Positions 1 through 8,780 of a stretch of 64,000 bases of DNA are shown piece after piece. The first letter of the stretch is position 1. The number at the start of each line of letters is the position of its first letter. Made by a program: the position numbers and the translations under genes. This DNA comes from a virus (lineage: Duplodnaviria > Caudoviricetes), in the IMG/VR virus record IMGVR_UViG_3300032227_001336, positions 1 through 64,000 of that record. The stretch is one strand, 5' to 3'. Below the pieces are notes generated by a model. That model was given only the letters and a program-made list of their open reading frames with translations. It made no database searches and was not told the origin of the DNA.

Positions 1-160
1 AAATTTCTCCAGAATCTAAATCTTTAAGAAAAATTTTCCAAGGTCTAGAATATGTAATCTTATCTTCCTTTTCAGATTGACAATGTAATAATTTTATTTT
101 ATTATCTTTTTTGAATAAAAAAGGTTGATGAGTATAAATTATTTTGTTTATATCATTCAC
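1..160 (-). CDS. hypothetical protein, 5' part (runs off window start)
   Basis: Manual translation from GTG at 160: MNDINKIIYTHQPFLFKKDNKIKLLHCQSEKEDKITYSRPWKIFLKDLDSGEI..., no stop before base 1; same strand as upstream genes. Confidence 0.55.
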   Translation of the reverse strand, partial: MNDINKIIYTHQPFLFKKDNKIKLLHCQSEKEDKITYSRPWKIFLKDLDSGEI

Positions 161-184
161 TTACGCAAGGCTATTTCTATCAAC

Positions 185-520
185 TTATGTAAGCGCACCC
201 CATTGTCCAGCGTACGGATATTGAGGCGTACAATCACATTTTGAAGTACATCCGCAACAATCTTCTGGTTTAGAGCATTCTGCATCTGGATTATAACAAT
301 CATCGCAACTATCTGTACAACCACCCTGTTTGCATATATCGCATGCTGGCCCATTTAAACTTGCGTCTGCATCATAGTTGCAAGCGGTAGAATCTGTGCA
401 TCCACAAGTAGCGCACTCGTCACAAGCATCACAACAACAAAATGTTTGCTTAATGTTGGGATTGCATTCGCAAGTTGGCTGACAAGGACATTCGAATGAT
501 TCGTTAGGTACATTAGGCAT
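185..520 (-). CDS. small Cys-rich protein (23 Cys in 111 aa) with GCTD..ACNY-type repeats
   Basis: ORF translation; GTGTAAT motif 8 nt upstream of the ATG supports this frame over the overlapping 157..354 ORF. Confidence 0.75.
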   Translation of the reverse strand: MPNVPNESFECPCQPTCECNPNIKQTFCCCDACDECATCGCTDSTACNYDADASLNGPACDICKQGGCTDSCDDCYNPDAECSKPEDCCGCTSKCDCTPQYPYAGQWGALT

Positions 521-528
521 ATATTACT

Positions 529-535
529 ATTACAC
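529..535 (-). promoter_or_regulatory. GTGTAAT putative late-promoter motif
   Basis: 8 nt upstream of ATG at 520; one of about 24 such sites. Confidence 0.7.
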
Positions 536-541
536 TAATAT

Positions 542-829
542 TTAATCTTTAAATGGTATTAATTTTCTTCTTATAAATACTAAGTTAATAAAAAATCCAG
601 AAAAAGCACTTAATATATTAGAAACATAATCTAAAGTATAATCTTGAAATGGGTTTAAAAATAAAGTTAAAAATAAACAAACCCAAAAACTACTGCATTC
701 ATGACAAAGCAATGGCTTTCTGATATAAGGTATTCTAGCTACAAAATTTCTAAAAGGTCTGGAAGCTTCCGTATCAGACCAAGCGTAACTTACTCCAAGA
801 CAAACAAACAAGTACAGTAAAAATATCAT
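542..829 (-). CDS. small membrane protein with CxxC (DUF1360-like)
   Basis: Three hydrophobic segments; LLCHECSSFW resembles the LLxCxxCxxFW signature. Confidence 0.6.
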   Translation of the reverse strand: MIFLLYLFVCLGVSYAWSDTEASRPFRNFVARIPYIRKPLLCHECSSFWVCLFLTLFLNPFQDYTLDYVSNILSAFSGFFINLVFIRRKLIPFKD

Positions 830-1240
830 TTATAAAAAGTAAACATGAATAGAATCTTCTTTTTCTATAGCAGAAAAACTCCTAAAGACCTTTCCAGATG
901 TTACTCTCCATAAATTAGCCCAATCTTCTTCACTTTTACCAATTTTTATAATTTTACCGCTTAATATTTTTTCTGAATGCAAGGAGCTTGCGGAAGTTAT
1001 ATCTTTAATTAAATCTGGTCTATGATCTACATATTTATCAAAAATTGATTCATTTCCTGCAACTATTTTTTCGTTAAAAAATTTAGTAACCCTTCCTCTA
1101 CATGAGCAATTTGGATTCTCTCTAAAAGTCGTTAGGTCCGCTAAAATTTCTGGAAAATCGCGTTTAAGCTCTTCAAATGCGTCTTTATTTTGAAGAATTA
1201 TATTAATTATATTAGCTAGGTTATTTTTATCAATTTTCAT
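830..1240 (-). CDS. hypothetical protein with NPNCSC motif
   Basis: 136-aa ORF abutting the next gene (TAA directly followed by ATG). Confidence 0.7.
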   Translation of the reverse strand: MKIDKNNLANIINIILQNKDAFEELKRDFPEILADLTTFRENPNCSCRGRVTKFFNEKIVAGNESIFDKYVDHRPDLIKDITSASSLHSEKILSGKIIKIGKSEEDWANLWRVTSGKVFRSFSAIEKEDSIHVYFL

Positions 1241-1282
1241 ATATTATATTATATATGAATATCAATATATTTCTATTATTTT

Positions 1283-2083
1283 TTAAGAATTTATATATCC
1301 TTGAAAATTCAAATCAAACTTGCCATATTCATTAACTGAGAAATTATAATTTTTATTAGAGTAAATCATTTTATTTAAATTAAAACTTTTAACAATTGCA
1401 GAATTATTAATATTTTTAAAATTAACCTGTAAGTCTTTGGTCTGCAAATTAGAAAAGAAACTATAAGGAGAAGAAATAGATTCATCGCTTATTTCAAAAT
1501 TAAATCTACAAGAAACCTCTATAGGATATTCGCTAGTTACCGCAGAAGGTACATAATTACCAATTGTATATATTGGTAACTTTTTACAAGAATAAGAGAT
1601 CCCACAATTGCTTACTCTGTTTAAATTTGTTTCAGCCAAGTTAAAATCAATATAACAATAATTAATAGGCGAAATTTCATAATTAATAGCAGAATTATTA
1701 GTATTTATACCAGTCAGATAGCTTAATTCTCCTAATACTCTGCCTTGAACAGACACTTCTACTGGCCTATCAAGTTGAGCGTCTATAGAATAACCATCTA
1801 TAAAACCACTAGAAAAATACAAATATTTGTCACCATATTCAATTTTTCCTGTAAAAAAAGAATTACCAGTATAATCAATAAATGGCTCTGAAGTTCCAGG
1901 TATATAATTTAAATTAAAATTAGCAATAATTGGTTGATTTATTATATAATTCATACCAGTATTAGATATAGCAAATGAAGGAGTTATATTCGTATCATAA
2001 TTTAAGCTTAAACTTTGTATACCAGATATAAAAGTATTATTTAGGTAAAATTTTTGATTTTGAATCTGAGAAACATTAAACAT
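1283..2083 (-). CDS. tail tube-like structural protein (paralogue)
   Basis: Beta-strand pattern parallels the tail tube (GIQSLSLNY vs RVQTANYSF; PIYTIG..YPIEVSCRF vs PIERLG..FPLTVNLSV); motif 8 nt upstream. Confidence 0.55.
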   Translation of the reverse strand: MFNVSQIQNQKFYLNNTFISGIQSLSLNYDTNITPSFAISNTGMNYIINQPIIANFNLNYIPGTSEPFIDYTGNSFFTGKIEYGDKYLYFSSGFIDGYSIDAQLDRPVEVSVQGRVLGELSYLTGINTNNSAINYEISPINYCYIDFNLAETNLNRVSNCGISYSCKKLPIYTIGNYVPSAVTSEYPIEVSCRFNFEISDESISSPYSFFSNLQTKDLQVNFKNINNSAIVKSFNLNKMIYSNKNYNFSVNEYGKFDLNFQGYINS

Positions 2084-2091
2084 TAAATATA

Positions 2092-2114
2092 ATTACACCC
2101 TTTTTAAGTGTAAA
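2092..2114. promoter_or_regulatory. back-to-back divergent GTGTAAW motifs
   Basis: ATTACAC (2092-2098) and GTGTAAA (2108-2114) between divergent genes starting at 2083 (-) and 2135 (+). Confidence 0.7.
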
Positions 2115-2134
2115 TTTATAGAGGTTAAAGGTAT

Positions 2135-2671
2135 ATGGCAAGCGTTTACGACACAGTATATGGTTGGGCTGTAGGTACTACTTATAGTAAGTACAATATT
2201 GTATCTGGATCTAATAGCAAATATTATTATTCTTTAATAGATAATAATCTTGGAAACAATCCAACTACAATTGCTTATTTACAATCTGGATGGGATGGTT
2301 ATAAATTATTTAATTCTAGTTATATACCAAACTTTTTCTGGCAACCATCTTATCAATCCAGCACAAAAATTGAACCAAGAGTTAAAAAAATTCAATTTGG
2401 AAACGGATACCAACAAAGAATACCAGACGGTATAAATTTTGAACTTAAAAATTTAACTTTAACTTTTGAAAATAGATCAGAAACAGAAACAGTATCAATT
2501 TTACATTTTTTAGAACAAAGAGGCGGACAACAATCTTTCGCTTATAATGTTCCAACTATTTACGCAAAACCTTCTGGAGTTAGTAAATTTATTGCACCCA
2601 ACTGGGAAACTAATTATAATTTTTACAACAATTATAGTATTAAAACAGTATTTGAAGAAGTCCCAAATTAA
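2135..2671 (+). CDS. minor tail protein, lambda gpM-like (distal tail), with N-terminal CBM-like extension
   Basis: FFWQP..PRVKKIQFGNGYQQRIPDGIN..FLEQRGG..F..TVFEEV is the gpM signature; first gene of an M-L-K-I-J run. Confidence 0.9.
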   Translation: MASVYDTVYGWAVGTTYSKYNIVSGSNSKYYYSLIDNNLGNNPTTIAYLQSGWDGYKLFNSSYIPNFFWQPSYQSSTKIEPRVKKIQFGNGYQQRIPDGINFELKNLTLTFENRSETETVSILHFLEQRGGQQSFAYNVPTIYAKPSGVSKFIAPNWETNYNFYNNYSIKTVFEEVPN

Positions 2672-2677
2672 AATAAT

Positions 2678-4060
2678 ATGCCAACCTCTTTAGAAGTTTA
2701 CAATCAAATAGTAAGTGGATATAAATCCATAAATACAGAAACAAGTAAATTAGAACCATCTGTACCAGTAGTTTTTTATGAAATAGATTTAACTCAAATT
2801 TATCCACAGATTAGAAATACCACTACGTTAACAAATCAACCATTACAAAATGGTATTTTAAGAATATATAATGATTATAATTTATACAATTTATCAAGCC
2901 AACCCTATGGCACAATAACTTGGAAAAATAATCAGTATTTTCCAATGCCTGTTCATGCAGATGGATTTGAAATGAATAGCGCTGGAACTCTTCCAACTCC
3001 AAGAATTTTTATTGCAAATAGTAGCCCAGATACTTCAACAAATTCTTTTTATAAATATATAAGATTACAAATTCAATCTTTAGGAGATATAGTTGGCGCA
3101 AAATTTACAAGAATTAAAACTTTTTTAAAATATTTAAATGGTGTTAATTTTTCTGGAGGATTTAATCCATATACAGATGATCCATCTATATCTGAAATTG
3201 AGCTACCAAAAGATATTTACTATATTGATCGAAAATCTCAAGAAGATAATTTAATTTTAGAATATTCTTTAGGTTCTATTTTAGATGTTGAAGGAGTATT
3301 CTTGCCTTCAAGAACGATTTTTTCTAATAAATGTCCATTTGAGTATAGAGGCGAAGGATGTTTATATGAATACGATACCAGAAGATCTATCGCCCATAGC
3401 GGAGTTTATGGAGGAGTTGTTAATTCGAATGGAGTTAATATAAGATTACTACAAACTGCACCACCAGTTGCGACAGAAAATGACCAGCTTTTCTTGGGAT
3501 CGTCTGGTTCAGTTTTTGTTACTGGAGTCAATACATATGCAGTAAATAGAATTACTGGTGGAGCGGGTAATTTAGGAGCATGGAATACTGGGATATCCTA
3601 TACAAGTGGAGATTTTATATATCTACAAAATACAAGTAAATTAAATTATTATTTTGTATGTATCAATAATCATACATCTTCCTTAGAAAATTCTCCACCC
3701 AATACAACATTTTGGCTAGCAGATTCTTGTTCAAAAAGTATTTCTTCATGTAGATTACGATGGTTAAAAAATCCAGCTTTCAGGCCAGTTATTTGGCCAA
3801 CTAATAGAGGAGGATGGGATTTAAATTATTATAAATTAGCTGATAGAGCTATGAGAACAGCTGCAGACGCAACTAGTGTATTAAGTCCACCAACTTTCAC
3901 AAATACAGGAATCAACTCGCCATTTCCAAGGAGACCAGCTTGTTTTAATCCAAATTCAGATCTTTCACATGGAATACCAAAAGATTATTTAGGAAATTAT
4001 TTAAATGGATTTCTTCCATTTGGAGGATTCCCAGGAACAGATCAACCGAACAATCAATAA
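2678..4060 (+). CDS. tail tip protein, lambda gpL-like (Fe-S Cys motif)
   Basis: YEIDL, GFE..GTLPTP, YYIDRK, CPFEYRGEGC...CSKSISSCRLR, LPFGGFPG. Confidence 0.9.
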   Translation: MPTSLEVYNQIVSGYKSINTETSKLEPSVPVVFYEIDLTQIYPQIRNTTTLTNQPLQNGILRIYNDYNLYNLSSQPYGTITWKNNQYFPMPVHADGFEMNSAGTLPTPRIFIANSSPDTSTNSFYKYIRLQIQSLGDIVGAKFTRIKTFLKYLNGVNFSGGFNPYTDDPSISEIELPKDIYYIDRKSQEDNLILEYSLGSILDVEGVFLPSRTIFSNKCPFEYRGEGCLYEYDTRRSIAHSGVYGGVVNSNGVNIRLLQTAPPVATENDQLFLGSSGSVFVTGVNTYAVNRITGGAGNLGAWNTGISYTSGDFIYLQNTSKLNYYFVCINNHTSSLENSPPNTTFWLADSCSKSISSCRLRWLKNPAFRPVIWPTNRGGWDLNYYKLADRAMRTAADATSVLSPPTFTNTGINSPFPRRPACFNPNSDLSHGIPKDYLGNYLNGFLPFGGFPGTDQPNNQ

Positions 4061-4785
4061 TGAATACTAAAATTAAAAATAAAATAAAAAATCATGCCTT
4101 GGAAGAATCTCCCAAAGAATGTTGTGGTTTTGTTATTGAAAATAATGGGATTATAGATGTTTTAAAATGTAAAAATATATCTAAAGATCCAATTAATAAT
4201 TTTAAAATATCTGCTTTAGAATTTTTAAAAATAAAAAATTCATATAATCCACTTTATATTTATCACAGCCATTTAGATGAGGAAAATTTTTCTATGATGG
4301 ATAAAAATTGCGCAGAAGAATCATCTATAGATTTAATACTTTATATATTAAAAAGTAATACTTTTAAACATTACAGTTCTAATAATTCAGAAAGTTTAAA
4401 ATACATTGGAAGAAATATTAATTTTCAACAAACGAACTGTTTTGATTTAGTAAAATTATACTATAAAAATGAATTTAATGTAGATTTAAAATTTCCAGAA
4501 AATTTTATAAATGACCATATGCTAAAAGTAAATCAAGAAAATCTTGATCTAGTATTAGAATATGCAAAAATAAATAATCTAGAAGTAGATTATACTGATA
4601 AATTTATAAACCACGATATATTAGTATTTAATAGTGATAGTTATTTTCATTTAGCTATTTATTTAGGAAATGACAAGATTTTAGAACAACCTAGAAATGG
4701 ATTTTCAAAAATAACAAATTACTGTAATTTCTATAAGAGAAATAAAATAGCTAGACTAAGGAGATCAAAAAATGGTAACAGTTAA
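4060..4785 (+). CDS. tail tip assembly protein, lambda gpK-like (JAB/MPN plus NlpC/P60)
   Basis: PKECCG...YHSH..S..D JAB motif; NCFDLV...HLAIYLG NlpC/P60 Cys/His. Confidence 0.9.
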   Translation: MNTKIKNKIKNHALEESPKECCGFVIENNGIIDVLKCKNISKDPINNFKISALEFLKIKNSYNPLYIYHSHLDEENFSMMDKNCAEESSIDLILYILKSNTFKHYSSNNSESLKYIGRNINFQQTNCFDLVKLYYKNEFNVDLKFPENFINDHMLKVNQENLDLVLEYAKINNLEVDYTDKFINHDILVFNSDSYFHLAIYLGNDKILEQPRNGFSKITNYCNFYKRNKIARLRRSKNGNS

Positions 4786-5524
4786 TTTACATGGTAGATT
4801 AGGGGAAGAGATAGGAGAAACATGGCATTTAAATGTTACTTCTGTATCAGAAGCTATGAGAGCAATAGAAGCAAATACTAGAACCTTTAGAAAATGGCTA
4901 CTAGATAACTCTAAAACAAAAGGTTATTCTTCATACGCAATACTTATAAATAATAAACCAGTAGAAATTAAAAATCAAGAAAATATAAATGAATTTAAAA
5001 ATTCAGAAGTATTTATGGAATATGGAGAAAAACTTCAAACAATAGATCTTATACCAGAAGTAATGGGATCTCGTAGTGCTATATCATTTCTTGTTGCAAC
5101 AGTTTTAATTATTACAGCAATTTTTGTTCCTCCGTTAGCTCCAGTTTTAATATTAGGTGCAATTGGATTAATCGCTGCTGGTGTTACTAGTTTGTTAAGT
5201 AAACCACCACCACTTATTCCGTATAATGCGCAACAAGCAGATCCTATAAGCACTTCTGCAGGAGAAGTTGGAGGTCCAAGTTCTTATCTTTTTAATGGCC
5301 CAGTAAATACAGTTGGCGAAGGAGGACCAGTCCCAGTAGGATATGGTACTTTATTAATTGGATCAAATAATGTATTTGCATCTTATGATACTCAATATAA
5401 AACAGCTAGAAGAGGAGTTACTGCTGCTGGAAATACAGTATCTTCTGGATCTTATACGTATTTATTTAATTCTAATTGTAGATTGATGGGTCAAAAACCA
5501 ATAACAAACGAAATAAATTTCTAA
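4772..5524 (+). CDS. tail assembly protein, lambda gpI-like
   Basis: VNLHGRLG..EAMRAI ubiquitin-like domain, hydrophobic segment, SYLFNGPVNT..GGPVPVGYG. Confidence 0.9.
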   Translation: MVTVNLHGRLGEEIGETWHLNVTSVSEAMRAIEANTRTFRKWLLDNSKTKGYSSYAILINNKPVEIKNQENINEFKNSEVFMEYGEKLQTIDLIPEVMGSRSAISFLVATVLIITAIFVPPLAPVLILGAIGLIAAGVTSLLSKPPPLIPYNAQQADPISTSAGEVGGPSSYLFNGPVNTVGEGGPVPVGYGTLLIGSNNVFASYDTQYKTARRGVTAAGNTVSSGSYTYLFNSNCRLMGQKPITNEINF

Positions 5525-5525
5525 T

Positions 5526-8500
5526 ATGGCAGGAGCAACAAATCTTAGCACAGAAGGATTAGAGTACCTTTGGAATCCAGGAAACGAAGGATTAACTCTT
5601 GCTGGTATGAATTTTCCAGAAAGCGAATGTATAGATAGCGCTCCAGGAAATAATTCTTTTTCTTTTAGTGGTTATGACCCTAATGGAAATATTGATTTTG
5701 CTTTTAATAACGCAATAAGTGGATATAAAAGTTATTCTAGTCAAATAATGACATTTGACGGCGCTCCTGGATGGATATACCAATTGGGAAATACAGCAAT
5801 TGATTTGGCAGGTCCAGGAATTGCTTATCTTAGGGGTGCGCCAAATTTTAATAGTTTGTATTCAATTCTTTATGGCGGAGCTGCTTTTGATGCAGGAGGT
5901 TATGGTAAAACTACTTTAATAAGTGGTACAACTGGAAACGTTGGCGTAACAAGTATAAATAAAATAGGAGTTTTAGATTTAATTTGTGAGGGTCCAATTG
6001 AAGGATTTGTAACAGGAACTTATTTTTATAGTTATTCTGGAAAAAATACTGGAGATATTGGATATACTTCGTATTCTTTTATTCCATTTAATGCTTCTGG
6101 TTTTTATGGTGGATCAGAAGATGGAAACCAATATCTTGAATCTCCACCAGAATCTCGTTCAATTTTTTGGAATGATATTCCAATTGTTCAAAAAAATGGA
6201 GCATATAATTTTAAATCAGTAAACTATAAATATACCAAAGGCGATCCTAATTTACATACTCAAATGAGTCCCACAATAAATTTATTTGAAGATAGATATA
6301 GCTATTTTGGAAATCAAATAGATAAATTTAAATATCCTCTTGTAACTTCAAGAACAAAATCAATAAATGAAAGACTTTTTGGAGCAATTATAACTACTGG
6401 TATTTATGATGTTGGATTTCCTAAATCTTATAACGTATATAATACAGACATTTCTTCTATAAAATTAAATATTAAAATCAACGGATTAAGTCAAACAATT
6501 GTTGCTGTCGGATCTGGAAATCAAGGAGATGTTTATAAAGAAAATCTTAAAATTAATTTTTTATTATTCAGACTCTTTAAAGATGGTAGTACCGCATTAG
6601 TAGACGCTTCTCAATATTTTCCATATAAAAGTCAATATTATTTTAACCAAAGCATTTTACTAAAAGGAAAAATAAGTTCTCCAATGTTGACTTGTTATGA
6701 AATGTCTGTTAGACCATTTGCAGAAAATTTTCCATCTTTTCAAGTCATGCAAAATCAAGTTGGGTGGTCAATTACAGTAACAAAAATAACTCAAGAAGGT
6801 TTGCCTCCAGGAATAACAAATTCCTGTTCTGTAGATAGTATAACAGAAGTTTACAGCGACCGATTTGTTTATCCCAATGTTGCAATGGTTTATAATGAAT
6901 TTGATTCTAGATATTTTAATAGCGTTCCAACAAGAAGTTATAAAATGAGATTATTAAAAGTTAAAATTCCAAATAATTATGATCCAATTACAAGGAGTTA
7001 TAATGGTTATTGGGACGGCACATTTAAATTAGCATGGACAGATAATCCTGCTTGGTGTTATTATGATTTAATTACTAATAATAGATATGGATTAGGTAAA
7101 TATATTGATTCATCTTTAGTTGACAAATGGAATCTTTATGAAATTGCACAATATTGTGATCAATTAGTTCCAGATGGTAATGGTGGTCTAGAACCAAGAT
7201 TTACCTGTAATTTAATGATTTCAGCAAAAGATGAAGCTTATAAAGTTTTAAATGATATGGCTTCAATATTTAGAGGGATAACTTATTATTCTGCTGGATT
7301 AGTTTTTGCAAATCAAGATAGACCCAAAAATATTATTTATTCATTTAATAACGCAAATGTTGTAGATGGTAAATTTACATATTCAGATAGTTCAAGAAGA
7401 GTTAGAAAAACCGTAGCAACTATTAGATACAACAATGAAGATGATAATTATAAACCAGCAATAGAATATGTAGAGTATAGACCTGGAATATTAAAATATG
7501 GAATAAGAGAAATTGCAGTTACTGCATTTGGTTGTACAAGCAGAAACCAAGCAAGAAGATTAGGAAAATGGTATTTGATTACAGAAAATTTAGAAACGGA
7601 AACAGTAGTTTTTGATGCAGGATTAGATGCTGGATATCTTATTCCAGGAGATTTAGTTCAAATTTATGATCAAAATAGAAAAAATGTAAATTTTGCTGGA
7701 AGAACGAAAGAATTATCTACAGGATCTGCGACTCTTGATTTACCATATAACACTGGAATATTAAATAATTTAACTGGATTTAAGAGTAATTTTGATATTT
7801 ATTTCTTAACTCCTACTTATAATTTAAATTACGGAACAGACTTAGGTAATGATTATATAACTGGTTACAATATAACCTCAAGCGGTGCGACAGGATTAAA
7901 CTCCGATTTTTTTAGAAGAAGCGCTGTTCAAAAAATGACTATACCATTACCAACTCAAAACTATATAACAAGAGGAACTGGAGTTTATTCAGATAATATT
8001 AGAATAATATTTCCTTCTGGTTTGAACGGATCAGGATATAGTTTATTAGAAAATGCTGTATGGAATATAGATGTAAATATTAGTGGATATACTGGTATAG
8101 ATATTAGATCGCCAATAAATAATCCTTCTAATTTAACATATCCAGGCGCATTATACGATGGATATTTAAATGAACCACAAATTTATAGAATTTTAAATAT
8201 AAAAGAAGATCCAGAAAATAAAACATATAATGTATCAGCTATGCAATATGTACCAGCAAAATATGGAGAAATAGATTTAGATGCTCAATTAACAAATGTA
8301 CCTAATAAACCTCTAGTTCCTGGTGCACCAAATATAATTTTGAGTGGTTTATATAGAGATGCATTCGGCAATTTAACAGGATCAAATAGACTATTGTATC
8401 AAGGAGTTCAAACTGCAATTGGAATTAATAGCGTAGCGTATTCTACATCTCCATCTACAAATGGTTCTTATGTTAGTCAATATTTAGTTTACATGAGAAC

Positions 8501-8780
8501 GGGCACAGCTTTTACTAGCTTAACAAACGATCAAACAGATTTAATAGATATACAACCAGCTAATGTTAATACTGGATTTTACCCAACCGATCCAGTTAAT
8601 GGAAGAGATTTAGGGTTATATCCTCCATATTTTACTCCTCAATATGCTGGAACTTTTTACTTTAAAATTTATGCACAAAATTCATTAAACGAAGTATCAA
8701 CTCCAACATTAGGCTCTTTCACTTTGACTAGTCAAGCTCCTCTAGATAGAGTTAATGCTTCTGGAATTAACATATTATGA
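5526..8780 (+). CDS. central tail fibre / tip attachment protein, lambda gpJ-like
   Basis: LDLICEGPIEG, YPNVA, WDGTFKLAWTDNPAWCYYDL..RYGLG, EPRFTCN, FGCTSRNQARRLGKW, PGD. Confidence 0.92.
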   Translation: MAGATNLSTEGLEYLWNPGNEGLTLAGMNFPESECIDSAPGNNSFSFSGYDPNGNIDFAFNNAISGYKSYSSQIMTFDGAPGWIYQLGNTAIDLAGPGIAYLRGAPNFNSLYSILYGGAAFDAGGYGKTTLISGTTGNVGVTSINKIGVLDLICEGPIEGFVTGTYFYSYSGKNTGDIGYTSYSFIPFNASGFYGGSEDGNQYLESPPESRSIFWNDIPIVQKNGAYNFKSVNYKYTKGDPNLHTQMSPTINLFEDRYSYFGNQIDKFKYPLVTSRTKSINERLFGAIITTGIYDVGFPKSYNVYNTDISSIKLNIKINGLSQTIVAVGSGNQGDVYKENLKINFLLFRLFKDGSTALVDASQYFPYKSQYYFNQSILLKGKISSPMLTCYEMSVRPFAENFPSFQVMQNQVGWSITVTKITQEGLPPGITNSCSVDSITEVYSDRFVYPNVAMVYNEFDSRYFNSVPTRSYKMRLLKVKIPNNYDPITRSYNGYWDGTFKLAWTDNPAWCYYDLITNNRYGLGKYIDSSLVDKWNLYEIAQYCDQLVPDGNGGLEPRFTCNLMISAKDEAYKVLNDMASIFRGITYYSAGLVFANQDRPKNIIYSFNNANVVDGKFTYSDSSRRVRKTVATIRYNNEDDNYKPAIEYVEYRPGILKYGIREIAVTAFGCTSRNQARRLGKWYLITENLETETVVFDAGLDAGYLIPGDLVQIYDQNRKNVNFAGRTKELSTGSATLDLPYNTGILNNLTGFKSNFDIYFLTPTYNLNYGTDLGNDYITGYNITSSGATGLNSDFFRRSAVQKMTIPLPTQNYITRGTGVYSDNIRIIFPSGLNGSGYSLLENAVWNIDVNISGYTGIDIRSPINNPSNLTYPGALYDGYLNEPQIYRILNIKEDPENKTYNVSAMQYVPAKYGEIDLDAQLTNVPNKPLVPGAPNIILSGLYRDAFGNLTGSNRLLYQGVQTAIGINSVAYSTSPSTNGSYVSQYLVYMRTGTAFTSLTNDQTDLIDIQPANVNTGFYPTDPVNGRDLGLYPPYFTPQYAGTFYFKIYAQNSLNEVSTPTLGSFTLTSQAPLDRVNASGINIL

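Noticed and set aside
157-354. 65-aa ORF overlapping the Cys-rich gene
   Set aside because: Alternative frame of 185..520, which has the promoter motif and a coherent repeat pattern
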